Notes under the pieces: generated by a model
Databases searched by the model: none
What the model saw: the letters and a program-made list of their open reading frames with translations, nothing else
Told to the model about the DNA's origin: nothing
Made by a program: the position numbers and the translations under genes
Shown here: piece by piece, positions 1 through 11,272 of the stretch
How positions within the stretch are numbered: the stretch's first letter is position 1
How the letters are laid out: each line of letters opens with the position of its first letter
From: Tricharina praecox
Taxonomy: Eukaryota
Length of the DNA stretch: 64,000 nucleotides
Assembly (NCBI RefSeq): GCF_024521635.1
Contig: NW_026250404.1
Location: 310,001-374,000 of the forward strand
Reading direction: 5' to 3'

Positions 1-567
1 CAGGGGTTCCTCGTGGGAGAAGCCGGAACAAAGGCGGCTACACCACCCGACGCAAATGATGACGTCCAAATGAACGATCACGGGGAGGATAGGATTACGG
101 TTCTGGATCGGCAAGCTCGCGAGGAGAATGGAACAACCCTCGCGTCTCCTACTCAGTTTGGTTTCATCGAGACACCCGAAGAGTTTGACCAGCTGATGTC
201 TTGGTTCGACGTCCGGGGTGTGAGAGAGAAGAAGCTGAAGGCTACGTTCGAGCTATTCAAGGACCACATACTGGGAGGAATGCGCAACAGAGAACAATAC
301 CTTTCAGAGTCTGTCGCTGCTGCGCTGGAAAACGAAAATGGCACCGGAACAGGAAGAATGAGTACCCGCGGAAAGACTCATTTCGACCCCAACGTCTGGC
401 GCTGTCTCAAATGGCGCAACGACGTGGCGAGGGATGAAATCCAACATACTCATTACGACCAGCCTCAACCGCGGAAGAATGCTTCCAAAAAGAAAGAAGG
501 CAAAGGCCTTCCACTGAATAGGCAAGGCAAGCCTGTTAGTCGGCAAGGAGACCGCTACAACTTTTAA
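1..567 (+). CDS. ITC1: 3' end of ISW2 chromatin-remodelling complex subunit Itc1/ACF1-like protein (WSD/WHIM C-terminal region); 5' part lies outside the window
   Basis: Translation FGFIETPEEFDQLMSWFDVRGVREKKLK resembles the WSD motif of DDT/WAC proteins; RCLKWRN..A..EIQHTHYDQP resembles the fungal Itc1 tail; stop TAA at 565-567. Confidence 0.75.
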   Translation, partial: QGFLVGEAGTKAATPPDANDDVQMNDHGEDRITVLDRQAREENGTTLASPTQFGFIETPEEFDQLMSWFDVRGVREKKLKATFELFKDHILGGMRNREQYLSESVAAALENENGTGTGRMSTRGKTHFDPNVWRCLKWRNDVARDEIQHTHYDQPQPRKNASKKKEGKGLPLNRQGKPVSRQGDRYNF

Positions 568-1062
568 CGGCCCAGGACTGATCGTCCTGGAGCGGAGGCA
601 CGCCTTTCTCAACTTCTGTGTCTCTTTCTCGAATTCTCGTTTTCAGCACCTAGGGACATTTCTTATTTGACGTAGGTACTCGGTATTTGGAATCGTTGGC
701 GCAAGGTTTATTTTTTTATCCTATTTGGGATTTGGGATTTGTTTACGCATCGCGGCTGGCGGGGGGTTGGTTGATACGATGGTTTTGTTGTGACTTTTTC
801 TTTTCTTTTCTTTTCTTTTCTTTTTGGTTTCTGGAATTGATACGCTTTTCATGGAAATATTCTTTACACATCATCATCAATCTTTTTACTGTCTGTCTTG
901 TATCATAGACTTTAGCGTATAAACGGATGGGGGGAAACGTGGAAACGTGGAACAAGAGTACCTTAGTTGTGTATATTACCTACAACGTGAACATTGAACG
1001 AAACGATGTTCGATGTTCGATGGGCTGGCTGAACGCGAGCGATATTTAGCTGCTGCTGGGGA

Positions 1063-1095
1063 GGGGGTGGGGGTGGGGGTGGGGGTGGGGGTGGG
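1063..1095 (+). repeat. (GGGGGT/GGGGT)-type G-rich microsatellite, G-quadruplex-prone
   Basis: About five tandem GTGGGG units read directly. Confidence 0.9.
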
Positions 1096-2162
1096 CGGTG
1101 GGCGGTGGGGGGGAGGTCTTCTGGTGGGAGCGGGAGCTGGACGCGCCGTTCGATTCGATGTGGGTTCTGTCAGACACAGTTGAGGCGGCGGTGGAAGTGT
1201 GTACGAGGCATGGCATACAGGCACGGAAGGGACTGTGGCAAGAGATGTTCCGGGCAGCGAGCGAGATGCGAAAATATCACGGGGGGGGAGTGGAAGTGAA
1301 TGATATATGATGAACGAGCATCTAGCAGTACCTAGCATACCTAGCATACCTAGCATAGATATTACGTCGTTCCGGGGGGGTCAGTCGGTCGAATCGAATC
1401 GAGTCAGGAAATTCATTCGTATGTAGCGAAGCACTTCCGATCAACTCTTGGATTTCGCCGACGGCGACTGCAGCTGGCTGGTTTCCACAGTGCTGGTGTT
1501 TCCGGGGGGAGGCGGGTGGATGGTGGATGGTGGATGGTCTACAATACAATACCTACAATACGGCTGTTTCTACCTTATGTACCTCACGGCTACGACCTCA
1601 CGGCTACGACCTCTCGGCTGAAAAAAGAAAGCATAGGCATTCGAACGCAATATTCCAGGCCATCCTGGCATACCTACCTCCACGCCTCCACCCCTTGGCA
1701 AGTTATGGCCTCGAGGAGCGCTGTGCAAGATGGAACATGGCGGGGAATAGAGATGTCGCCGCGGTTGGGTTACTGTTGATCTGATGGGATTCGAAGGGAA
1801 TGCCTAGCTGACGACAAGTCCTGCAAGTCCTGCAAGACTAGTGAGTACCGTACAAACGCTCGCGAGCAGCGGCCATTGTCGGAGCAGCTCCAGCTGCTGC
1901 TTCTGGCAGGAATCGTGAATCGAAGGGCTCACGCTCCATGCCAGGCCACAGCATGTCCTCGCCCTCGCCCTCGTTAGCAGGACCGCAGCAAAGATCTAAC
2001 CGTTCATCGACTTCCACCTACCACATCACCATGTCCTCCTTCACGCCCTCCCTGCCCTCCGCAAGCGAACGGTCCGAACCCTCCAAGACTTCTTCACACG
2101 CCGCTGCCGTGATCCAGCGGACTGCCGGGTGGTCGTGTGGTCGTGGTGCGCGCAAGAGCCCC

Positions 2163-2410
2163 GGTTCTGTGAGGCTGCTAGCTGATGGTTGGGTTGGTGA
2201 TTCCCACCTACCTACATAGGTTCAATGAGAAGTTCAATCCTCCTGGGACGACCGTGGTGAAGGTGGTGAAGGGGGGGGAGCTGGACATGTTTTCGTTTGG
2301 CGGGTCGAGCATCGTTGCCTGCTTCGAGCTTGCTTCGAGCTTGCTTCCAGCGCGGAAGGATCGAGAAGATCATGATCTGGTTGGGGCTAGTGAAACTATG
2401 AAAGGAGGGT
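2163..2410 (+). pseudogene. Phosphatidylserine decarboxylase C-terminal fragment (decayed)
   Basis: GSV/RFNEKF..PGTTV(VKV)VKGGELDMFSFGGSSIVACFE...GRIE...DHDLV..S matches the PSD autocleavage region (KGxELGxFxFGGS|S/T). Disrupted by short tandem duplications and frameshifts; no N-terminal part found. Confidence 0.7.
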
Positions 2411-2453
2411 GGAGGTGCATGGGGAGGTGGATGTTGATGTGGAGATAGGGATG

Positions 2454-2519
2454 AGCTGGGACGGGCTGGAGCGGGCTGGAGCGGGCTGGAGCGGGCTGGA
2501 GCGGGCTGGAGCGGGGAGC
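2454..2519 (+). repeat. 10-bp tandem repeat (GGGCTGGAGC) x~5
   Basis: Direct reading. Confidence 0.9.
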
Positions 2520-2597
2520 AGGTGGAAGGGAATGAGGCTGGTCAAGGTAAGTAGTTTCGTGGACTGCGAGGGTGGGTGCTGAGGGATCAATGACTGG

Positions 2598-2951
2598 AGT
2601 GATGTTCTATTCAGAGACCGAGCAGAACTGCACAGGCTTGGAATCAGTGGCTTAGAATCAGTGGCTTAGAATCAATGGCTCGAAGTTAATAGCTCGAGTG
2701 ATGTATTCAGAAATCGAGCCGAACTGCGCAGGCTCAGAATCAATCGAGTGATGTTCTATTCAGAAACCGAACTACACAGGCTTGGAATCAATGGCTCGGG
2801 TGATGTTCGATTCAGAAACCGAGTGGAACTGCGCAGGCTCAGAATCAATGGCTTGAAGTGATGCTCTATTCAGAAACCGCACTTCACAGGCTCAGAATCA
2901 ACAGCTCGAGCGATGTTCGATTTCAGAAACCAAACCGAGCTGCACAGGCTC
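2598..2951. repeat. Degenerate minisatellite, about 6 units of ~52-60 bp
   Basis: Recurring GTGATGTTC(T/G)ATTCAGAAACCGA...ACTGC(A/G)CAGGCT(TG/CA)GAATCAATGGCTCGA. Confidence 0.9.
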
Positions 2952-4620
2952 GTATTCCAACCCGAATAGGTGCTATGGAGTCTTTCCATTTTTCGCAAGC
3001 AATTGAGAGAGAGACAGAACATCAATTAATTGCCGCATTCAGCCTATCTTAACTATGGCGACCCACCTAACCGACCTTTCCTGCTACTCTAGCTCGATAA
3101 ACTTTACCGGACAGCGAGATATCAGCCATCACCGCATCAGTGAGTGATTCTTAGTGAATTGCCATCTAAATATAGGCTAGGCGGGCAAAGGCGGTAGACT
3201 AGGTAGCCACACTATATATCTGCAGTCCTTTTCCGTAGATGTGATTATGCAGTCCGATCACTCCGAACTTTGGCCATATTGTGTTATCTCAAGGCAAAGT
3301 GCTACCTATATCAAGTGGCTGGTGTGCGTCGGCTATCACTCGCTTGCACACAAATTCCTGGCGCAGTCCTTTGAAACAAAGCACTGGCCACAGTCGTTCG
3401 GCACCGGCGGCTTCGAATTCGACGCAGCCTAACTGTCTCCGGGACACCGGCTCCACACGGCACCGCCGACGGAGGCTTCCGCCCACAACCCGGCCCGGTC
3501 TTTGATAGATGGCAGCGATCCTCCTTGAAATTCGCTGGCACCGCGTCTCCGCCGGCTGCTCGGAGGTACTCTAAGCCCTGCTGCTGTTCGCCAAGGGACA
3601 TGCCTACACAAAAAAAAAAGAAGCCCGTTCGTGAAGGTTCGCCGCGATCCGATGCGACGCAGAATGGCCCTGCCCTGGCGCCCTCCGCGGCAATCTGCCT
3701 CGCTGGCGTGTCGTCTCGTCCCCCTTCTCCGAGCGCCCGGTGTGGTTATTCGATCCTTTTTGGTGGCGGGTGAGGACTTGCCTCCTCGGCTTCACTCCCT
3801 TCTCCGCCCACTCTCGACTCGACCCCCCCCCCTCCCCTTTCCTTTGCCACGGCGCGGCGGTGACATAAATACCGTGCTCCCATCATGGCGAAAAACACAC
3901 GCACTCCCCGTGGTCCCGTGGAGGACATGCGCAAACAAAGAACGCAACGGCATCCGAATTGACCGAGTTTCCTCGTGCCTTGGGTGCTCGCGAATATTTA
4001 TTTTTAATCGCCTGCCGCTGCCATTAATTGTGCCAACACAGTGCAGAAAAGTTGCCTTTCTGAGACATGGCCATCCCGCATCCGTCGTAGTCATCTTCGC
4101 ACCTACCCAGAACAGTTATTTGTAGCACAAAGAAGCGATAGTGTGGGACTTGGGCGTGTCACACACGTTTTCTTGGGGCAACTAGCTGAGGAATGGCTTC
4201 TATGTAGTTTCTGTTTTAGTTAGTTCTCCGACGGACTCTCTGCCACCACCCCGACATGAACTGCACGCACAATGCAGCTTAAAGCATGACCGATGCCCCC
4301 CCTCCCCCCTCGAAACTTCTCACCCCTCCACTACAACACACCCTCCTCACTCCACCTCGCCCTCTTCTCTCTCCACCTCTCCCTCTCCGCCGACTCCAAA
4401 GCCCTCCCATTTTGAAAACATGATCTTCGACATCTCCGCCTTCTGTATCTGAACCGATTCTGTCTCTACCTCACGCACACGACCGTAACGACCGACCGAT
4501 CGCGAGCGACTTGCTGTCTACCTTACTACCTGCCATCCTCTCCGCGGCGCCCTCACTGTCCGCAGCGCCGACGCTGCCGCTCCTCCTCCTCTGCAACTGC
4601 TTCTCCGCCCAAAGTCCACA

Positions 4621-6833
4621 ATGCCGACGCCCGAACGACACCAGTTGACCCTTAGTCAACTGGCTGAATTCGACGATCTCTTGACTGATTCGCTGGTTGA
4701 CCGAGTAGGTTGCTCATTTATCTCCATCTACGTCGACGAGCATTGGGGCACTGTGAAGGACGCTCGAGACTGACCGGTTCCCCTGTGGTTATGTCCGTTT
4801 AGGTGTATTACTGGACTACGATTCGGAAGATGAAGCACACTTACCATCCCAATCGCGGAGTAAAGACGGATGCAGTGACGAAGATTATCGTCGGGGATCT
4901 GGTCAAGAACAAGAACATCACGGAATCGTTGAAGCAATTTCTAGAGTACGCTGCGATCTACCAGCCACCCCCTTACCGACGACAAGCCCGCTGATGCGAT
5001 GTGTATACAGTTTGTCGGGCATTCGGAATTACATCAACAAGCTCAAGAACGAAAGGTTAAAGGATGACTTCCAGAAGTATGTTGTGCGCACTTCCACTGC
5101 TCGTTTCTGCACATCCTAACAAAACTGATTGCGGAATTTTAGACATGCCCGTCGTTACCTCTCGCTTTATCTCCCAGATTCCCCCTTCGAGGTCTCCGCT
5201 ACCAATCGCTACAACCTGACCAGACCAGAGGCTTGCGTTCTCGCTCGAAAGCCATTGCGCAAGGGTGATACTGTAAAGTACTTGACCGGTGCGATGGTGA
5301 AGATGTCGGAGAAGGAGGAGGAAGCGTACACCCAGGGCAAGACCGACTTTAGCATCATCTACTCTTCCCGCGTGGGAGGCATGAGTTTGTTGCTGGGCCC
5401 CGCCAGATTCGTCAACCACGATTGCGAGCCGAACTCGAGGTTTATCACCACCAACAAGGAGAACATCCAGTTGATCGTCTTGAGGGATATCGAAATCGGC
5501 GAGGAAATCACCGTGTGCTACGCGGACGACTATTTTGGAGATGGCAACAAGGAGTGCTTGTGCCGTTCATGCGAAGCCGTGGCGAAGAATGGATGGACGT
5601 CGGAAGTGAGCGGGGAGCTACAGGAAGGGGATTCGAGTAGCGTGGACATGGAGTATGCGCCTGCTATGCGTCGAACCAGGTCGAAGCGGAAGAACGACAA
5701 TTTCGTGGAGTTACCCCCACCACCTCCCGAGAAGAGGCTCAAGCGAAAATCCGACAAGGAGGACGTCCTGACCCCTCCATACAGCGATAGGGCATCATCC
5801 GAGGATCCGAAGATCCCGAAAGCTGCCGTCATGTCTGTGGAAGTGGAACTCAAACCGCTGACGCCCGTCGATAATATTCCACCTACACCGATTACGAGCT
5901 CAGGAACGCCGGTGCCATCGGCTATCAAGACATTCACCCTGGATGAGACGGCAGATATCGCACAATCGCTACTTGCTCTGGCGCAATCTCCCAGCTACCA
6001 CAAGCCGCGGTTTAGCCCGCAAATGGGCACGTCCAGCACCTTTACGGACAGAGCACCAGAATTCGGAAGAGCGCTGTCGTATGGATCTTTGGGGCAAACC
6101 AGCGCCATCAAACCTCAGAATGTTCCTTCTCGGAATACTGTACCCCCGATGTTTCAACCGGGTCCTTTCGTCGCGAGTCCTGTCGTCGAAAATGCGTTTG
6201 GCATTGGGGCATCCAACTGGAGTAATGGCATCTCTGCGGTCACCGAAACGGCCCCTGAGGCGACACCGCGGTCTTCCATCAGTAGCGAGGATGCAGTCGT
6301 GAAATCGGAACCATCTGAGGCATCCGATTCGGGTCTCGATAAGGGGCTTGCCAAAGATATGACACCACCGGCGTCGCAGAAGCCTAATCCCGCGAGCTCG
6401 AAGAAGCGCAAGTCCATCTCCATGCCACCGTCCGAGCCAGCCCACAAGCGCATCCCTGGAGATTATATCAATTTTTATGATTCCGACTGTATTAAGTGTA
6501 CCTGCATGGACTGCCACGAAGACTTTATCCATAACGATCGGTGGTATGTTCCCAGGAGTTGCCGCAGATGCGAGCGGCACAGCAAGATTTACGGTCTTAT
6601 GTGGCCCAAGACTGTGAAGAGAAAGGGTGACTCGGAGGTAAGCAGCTATTCCCCTCTCCACGCAGCCTGGTTACCTGTGCTAATTCATCACTCAGGATCA
6701 GATCGAAGATTATCGCTCAGTACAGCGATATGTCACTGCGAGCGAGCACAGAAAGGAGCAGAAGCGCCTCGCAGCTTCCCAGCAGCAGCAAGTAGCACCG
6801 CGCCAGCAACACGTCAAGAGGGGAAGACGTTAG
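4621..6833 (+). CDS. SET9: Histone H4K20 methyltransferase Set9 (spliced, ~5 exons)
   Basis: N-terminal LAEFDDLLTDSLVDRVYYWTTIRK; SET motifs DFSIIYSSR, LLLGPARFVNHDC, EEITVCY...FGDGNKECLCRSCE; C-terminal C2C2 with RCERHSKIYGLMWPKT; GT-AG introns at about 4705-4802, 4946-5010, 5077-5142, 6638-6695. Confidence 0.93.
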
Positions 6834-9800
6834 ATTACGCATTTCATTCCGGGTCATCACCTTTTTTTTTCACGGCAGGTATTGGCGGGGCATAGTGATC
6901 GATTCTCGGCACGGTAAGGAGTTTTTGGTGTCTTGTTTTCTTCTCCTTTTACTACTTCCCTTCTGTACCATTAACTTCGCTGTACATGATCTTTTTTCTT
7001 CTTCCTCTTCTCTGCTGTAAAGCATTTGGAGCGTCTTTAGCATACACATGGGAAGGAGGGGGGGGGGGTTGTCTTCTTCCGACGCATGCGCCATCTTTAT
7101 ATACACCGCTGCTACGGGTTTCTGCAACTACCCTTACATACCCTCCGACCCCGACCCCTTTATATTTGTACATTTTGTTTCCTATGTCTGTTTGTTTTGG
7201 TTTGGGAACTGCTGTCCTGCTCTGCTGTAGATACCATGGGTGTAGTGTACAGAGTCATCAATGTATGTCACGAGTCCAATAGTTATATAACTGATCACGA
7301 GTAAAGTGCATATTGATTGCCGCAGGCTGGGCATCGGTTTAAGTCTACATAGACCCACGTGGTCCGCGAACGAGTGAGGAATCGTGAGACGGTTGGTTAT
7401 ACTTAAACCCTGTGACTTGGTGGCGACTCTGGCGAGAGGTTTCGATTTTTTTGCGATTTTTTGCGCTGGCTGGAAGGAGACCGTGCCGATCACTTCTTCT
7501 GTTGGTACAATATCAATTGCGCGCCGACTAAATACTGCAGAGACGCCAGTACGATGGGCATTGGTGGCTGCTCGGCCCTTTCACGGTGGCGATCCATTCA
7601 CTTACCTTTGGCCCCTTCTAGATCAACAATGGGGAATTGCTGATGCCGCCTCGGCCTCAAGTTCTTTCCCTCCAGCTCTATGAGCAATATTTCAACATAA
7701 AAGAACAGCCAGCCTAGAGGACCACGGCAGCGGGGACGGGTACCCACACCCCTCCAGGCCGAAAGTCCAGCCCACTGCTATGTTAACAGTCGATTCGCTT
7801 TCTATGTAGTTGACGCTTTTCGAGTGGTTGCTACTTCGATGCGTAGTTCTGGCGGACCTGCCGTAGTGCGTGCAGCATGGAGTAATATTTGTTCGGACAT
7901 AACTAACTGGCAAAGAGAGCGAGTGATAGTAGAAGCATTCAGTCGAAATCGGTGTTCCGGCCATGCAACAGGGCCAACTAGAGTAGAGAGTTGTGCTCCA
8001 TCCCAATTTCCAAGCACGGCTACTAAACGGCAATTCTGGGCCCGTTGGTACGCACTTTGAAGTTTGTTTGAGCGTTTCTGGCAAAAAAACAAAGCACATT
8101 TAGGTTTAAAGCAGGTCCACTGACTTGCATATTTCTTGGCCCGTCCTTTTCTTCATCAGCTTTCTCCAGTAGTTGACGAATAATTGTGCCTACCACCCAC
8201 TCGCCGAGAGACTGGCGACCGGCGATTCTCTCATCACTACCAAACGTCTCAAGGACCCATGCAGTTAGATCGCCATATCCTTTTGCAACTTTGTCCCAGA
8301 AGTCCGCACCCACAAGGGCCCGCCTCTGGGAAGCGATGTTGGTTAGCCAGGCATCTTCATTCCCATCCTCATCGAAAGAATTCACGCAAACTTGAATGCG
8401 GTGTACTTTCGTAGCCGGCATTGCATCTTATAATGGGAGGACATCTTGGAACAAACCCTTAAGGGCTTGGAAGTGGTGATCTACTACCTAGTAGGCGTAG
8501 TTAGAGATGGGGGAATACCGCAGAGGAGGCCCCTCTTGGCTTATTTTCCTGGCTCTCCCTATTCACCCTCATGCTTCTTGTCTCCCAGCTCTAAAAGTTT
8601 TGCTTTAGCGTGCGGCTTGCGTTCTGCGACCTCTATGTATCTGTTAGATTACTTTTTTCCTACTGAAGCTTCTTCGCCGCAGCGCATGACCGTAGGTTGT
8701 ATGTAAGTGCGACGCTCCAATTTTCGTGTGCCGCTTAGTGTTTGGCAGATTTTGCCTCTGTGCCCTTACATACCTTTAATGAGTTTGTTTGGCAGCTGTG
8801 AGGGGGTGTTTCAACTTTCTACTCAGGTAGTTTTCTCAAGATGGTCTGCCTTCAGCAAGGCTGGCAATGCTGGGTTCACCTTCGGTGATATTGACGGCAA
8901 CGATTGATGTCGGAGGAAAGCTCTATCAGTATCCGACGATGCTCTGCGTAGCTGGCAGATTCGACGGATTTGCTTTGTCGGTGGCGCCTTTGGCCTCCGT
9001 TCGGTTGGCTTTGGGGGGGCTGAAAGTGAGACGTAGAGCTTTTTCCGGCTGCCTTTCCCCACGAATTCCATTCACCTCCTCCGTTCAGCCTTGAGCCGGC
9101 CCTTCGGTGCCATTATTTTCGGTTATTGATGAGTAATATTTACCTAGTAGTATGCCGATGACAATGACTATGATCGCGGCGCCACCGGGAATGAATTCCA
9201 AGGCGGTCAAGCATATTCATCTGCAATGTTCCAATTGGGCATTTGCGATACCTACAACATGTCTACTAGACCCGGGCGTTGAGGGGTAGCCGGGATGGTT
9301 CGGATCGTGAGAATATTGGCTTCTTCTTCGGTTCCAAGTGTCAGCTCTTGTCTTTCTTCACGGCTAAGGGCGAATGCGAGTTTAAGAAATTAAAACTCGA
9401 GCTGTGGGAAGCTGAGGTGATGTATGTCTACCTACCTACCTGGTAGTAGACTTGCCGTTCATCTTGTCGAAAGGCGATAATCAGTAGACCGCACTCCTCA
9501 AAGAGTGACTATAAAATTATGCCGCTGAGGGCTGAGATAGTGGTGTGTTGTGGGAACAATGAGTGGTTGTCGGTTTTGTTGTTCCGAGCCTGAGGATAGA
9601 GGTTTATGAATGGAGCTCTCCGAGGTTGTATTGCAAACGAACCCTAGCCCAACGAGACAGAGCATCCAAACCAACTAGGCCAAAAATGGTACCCCGCAGT
9701 ATCGCGATGGTTACGGGAGATCTGCATCGCTCAACCCACCAATCAACCCACCAACACCAAACACCACCACCTCGATCAAACCAAACGCGATACGAACCTC

Positions 9801-9866
9801 CGCGCCGTGTCGTCATTGCATCCGTCGCCTTCCTCAGTTCCGCGCACAGAACCAGTCCCCACAATA

Positions 9867-10749
9867 ATGACGACCTTCCAGCCGCCACCTACGGGTCCCA
9901 TCCCGACCTCCTCGCGGGACCTGGGCAAGTCTCACACACAGCTGGGCTGGCGCATCAGCACGCACAAGTTTCCGATCTGCAACGCAACCGAAATCAACAC
10001 GATGACGTCCGAGCTCGGGATCGCGCCGCCCGAAATGATCTTCGGCAACAACTCTGTGCGGATTGTGCACGTGGCCAGCGGGTTCACGGTATCGTTCACG
10101 GCGCAGGATGCGCTCGACGCTGTTGACAAAACCGGCGCGACGATGCTGAAGGTCGCGTACTCCGAGGAGTGGCAGCGCATGCGTGAGAAGCTCTCGGAGG
10201 AGATTAAGGATGTCATTAGGCCGTTTGATTGGAGCTATTCGTCGAGCTGGAAGGGGAGGGTGGAGGGCGGTACAGCGGTGCTGAAGGAGGTGGGGCCGGA
10301 TCAGGGAATCCCCTATGAGAAGCTCAGACGGCCAGATCCCATCTTGCTGTTCGATGAGGTCGTGCTGTATGAAGACGAGCTGGCGGACAATGGCATTGCG
10401 GTGATGAGCGTCAAGGTGCGGGTCATGCCCGAGAGATTGCTGGTTCTTCAGAGGTTCTTTTTGCGACTGGATGGAGTCGTCGTGAGGATTCGCGATACGA
10501 GGGTGTATGTGGAGTTTGCGACGGGCGAGGTGGTGAGGGAGTATGTGAGCAAAGAGGCGAAGTATGAGGATGTTAAAAAGGTGTGTCCAGTCCTCCACTT
10601 CCCCGACTGCGCAGAGGAGGGCTAATCAGAGACAGAAATTCGCGATGCACCCGCAGGATGACATCCCGAGTCTCTTGAGAGATCCGAACCAGCTCGTTGA
10701 TGTGCTACCGATCATTGAGACGACGAGGGAGAGAACCATGGCAAAATAG
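9867..10749 (+). CDS. TIP41: TIP41-like PP2A/TOR signalling regulator (2 exons)
   Basis: PPEMIFGNN, RPFDWSYS, FDEVVLYEDELADNG, VRVMP..L..L.RFFLRLDGV..RIRDTR; intron about 10581-10636. Confidence 0.93.
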
Positions 10750-11272
10750 ATGGCTTTTGATTCTACCATGTTTGATTTGGAGACCCTGGTGTTATTGTTT
10801 TGTAAAACGAGTACTTGATAGATAATTCTTGTAGTGAGGTGAATTCGTCACCCTTCCGCTAGATTCAAACATTGCATCTCACTCACCAGCAGCCCATCAT
10901 AACTCATGGGGCTCGGTTCGGCGGGCACTGTATCCCCGGCTACAATCTGATAACCCAGATCTCCCGTAGACCGCGATGGTGCGACGGTGCGTTGGTGTTT
11001 TTTTTTGGTCATAATCTCATGCCAAGGATGGATAAGAAGCCACAGCGATCAGCACGTATCGCGCTGCATATCGGTACTGACGGGAGTCTCCGAAGCGCGC
11101 GATGCATCTCTCCCCCTCGCTCCGCAACGAGTGCGGGGCATCCGTGAAGAAAAAGAAAGGAAAGAGAGAAAAAAAGCCATGATATCATGTCCTCCGCTTC
11201 ATTCGTGCGGGTGTAATTGGAGCTTGCATAAATACTTCAACCCTCTTCATTGATCGGTCGAGCCAACATAAC

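Noticed and set aside
2598..2951. CRISPR-like array
   Set aside because: Units are contiguous degenerate tandem copies without unique spacers; eukaryotic context, no cas genes
9834..10598. Long antisense ORFs over TIP41 and other GC-rich genes
   Set aside because: Shadow ORFs caused by codon bias of the real gene on the opposite strand
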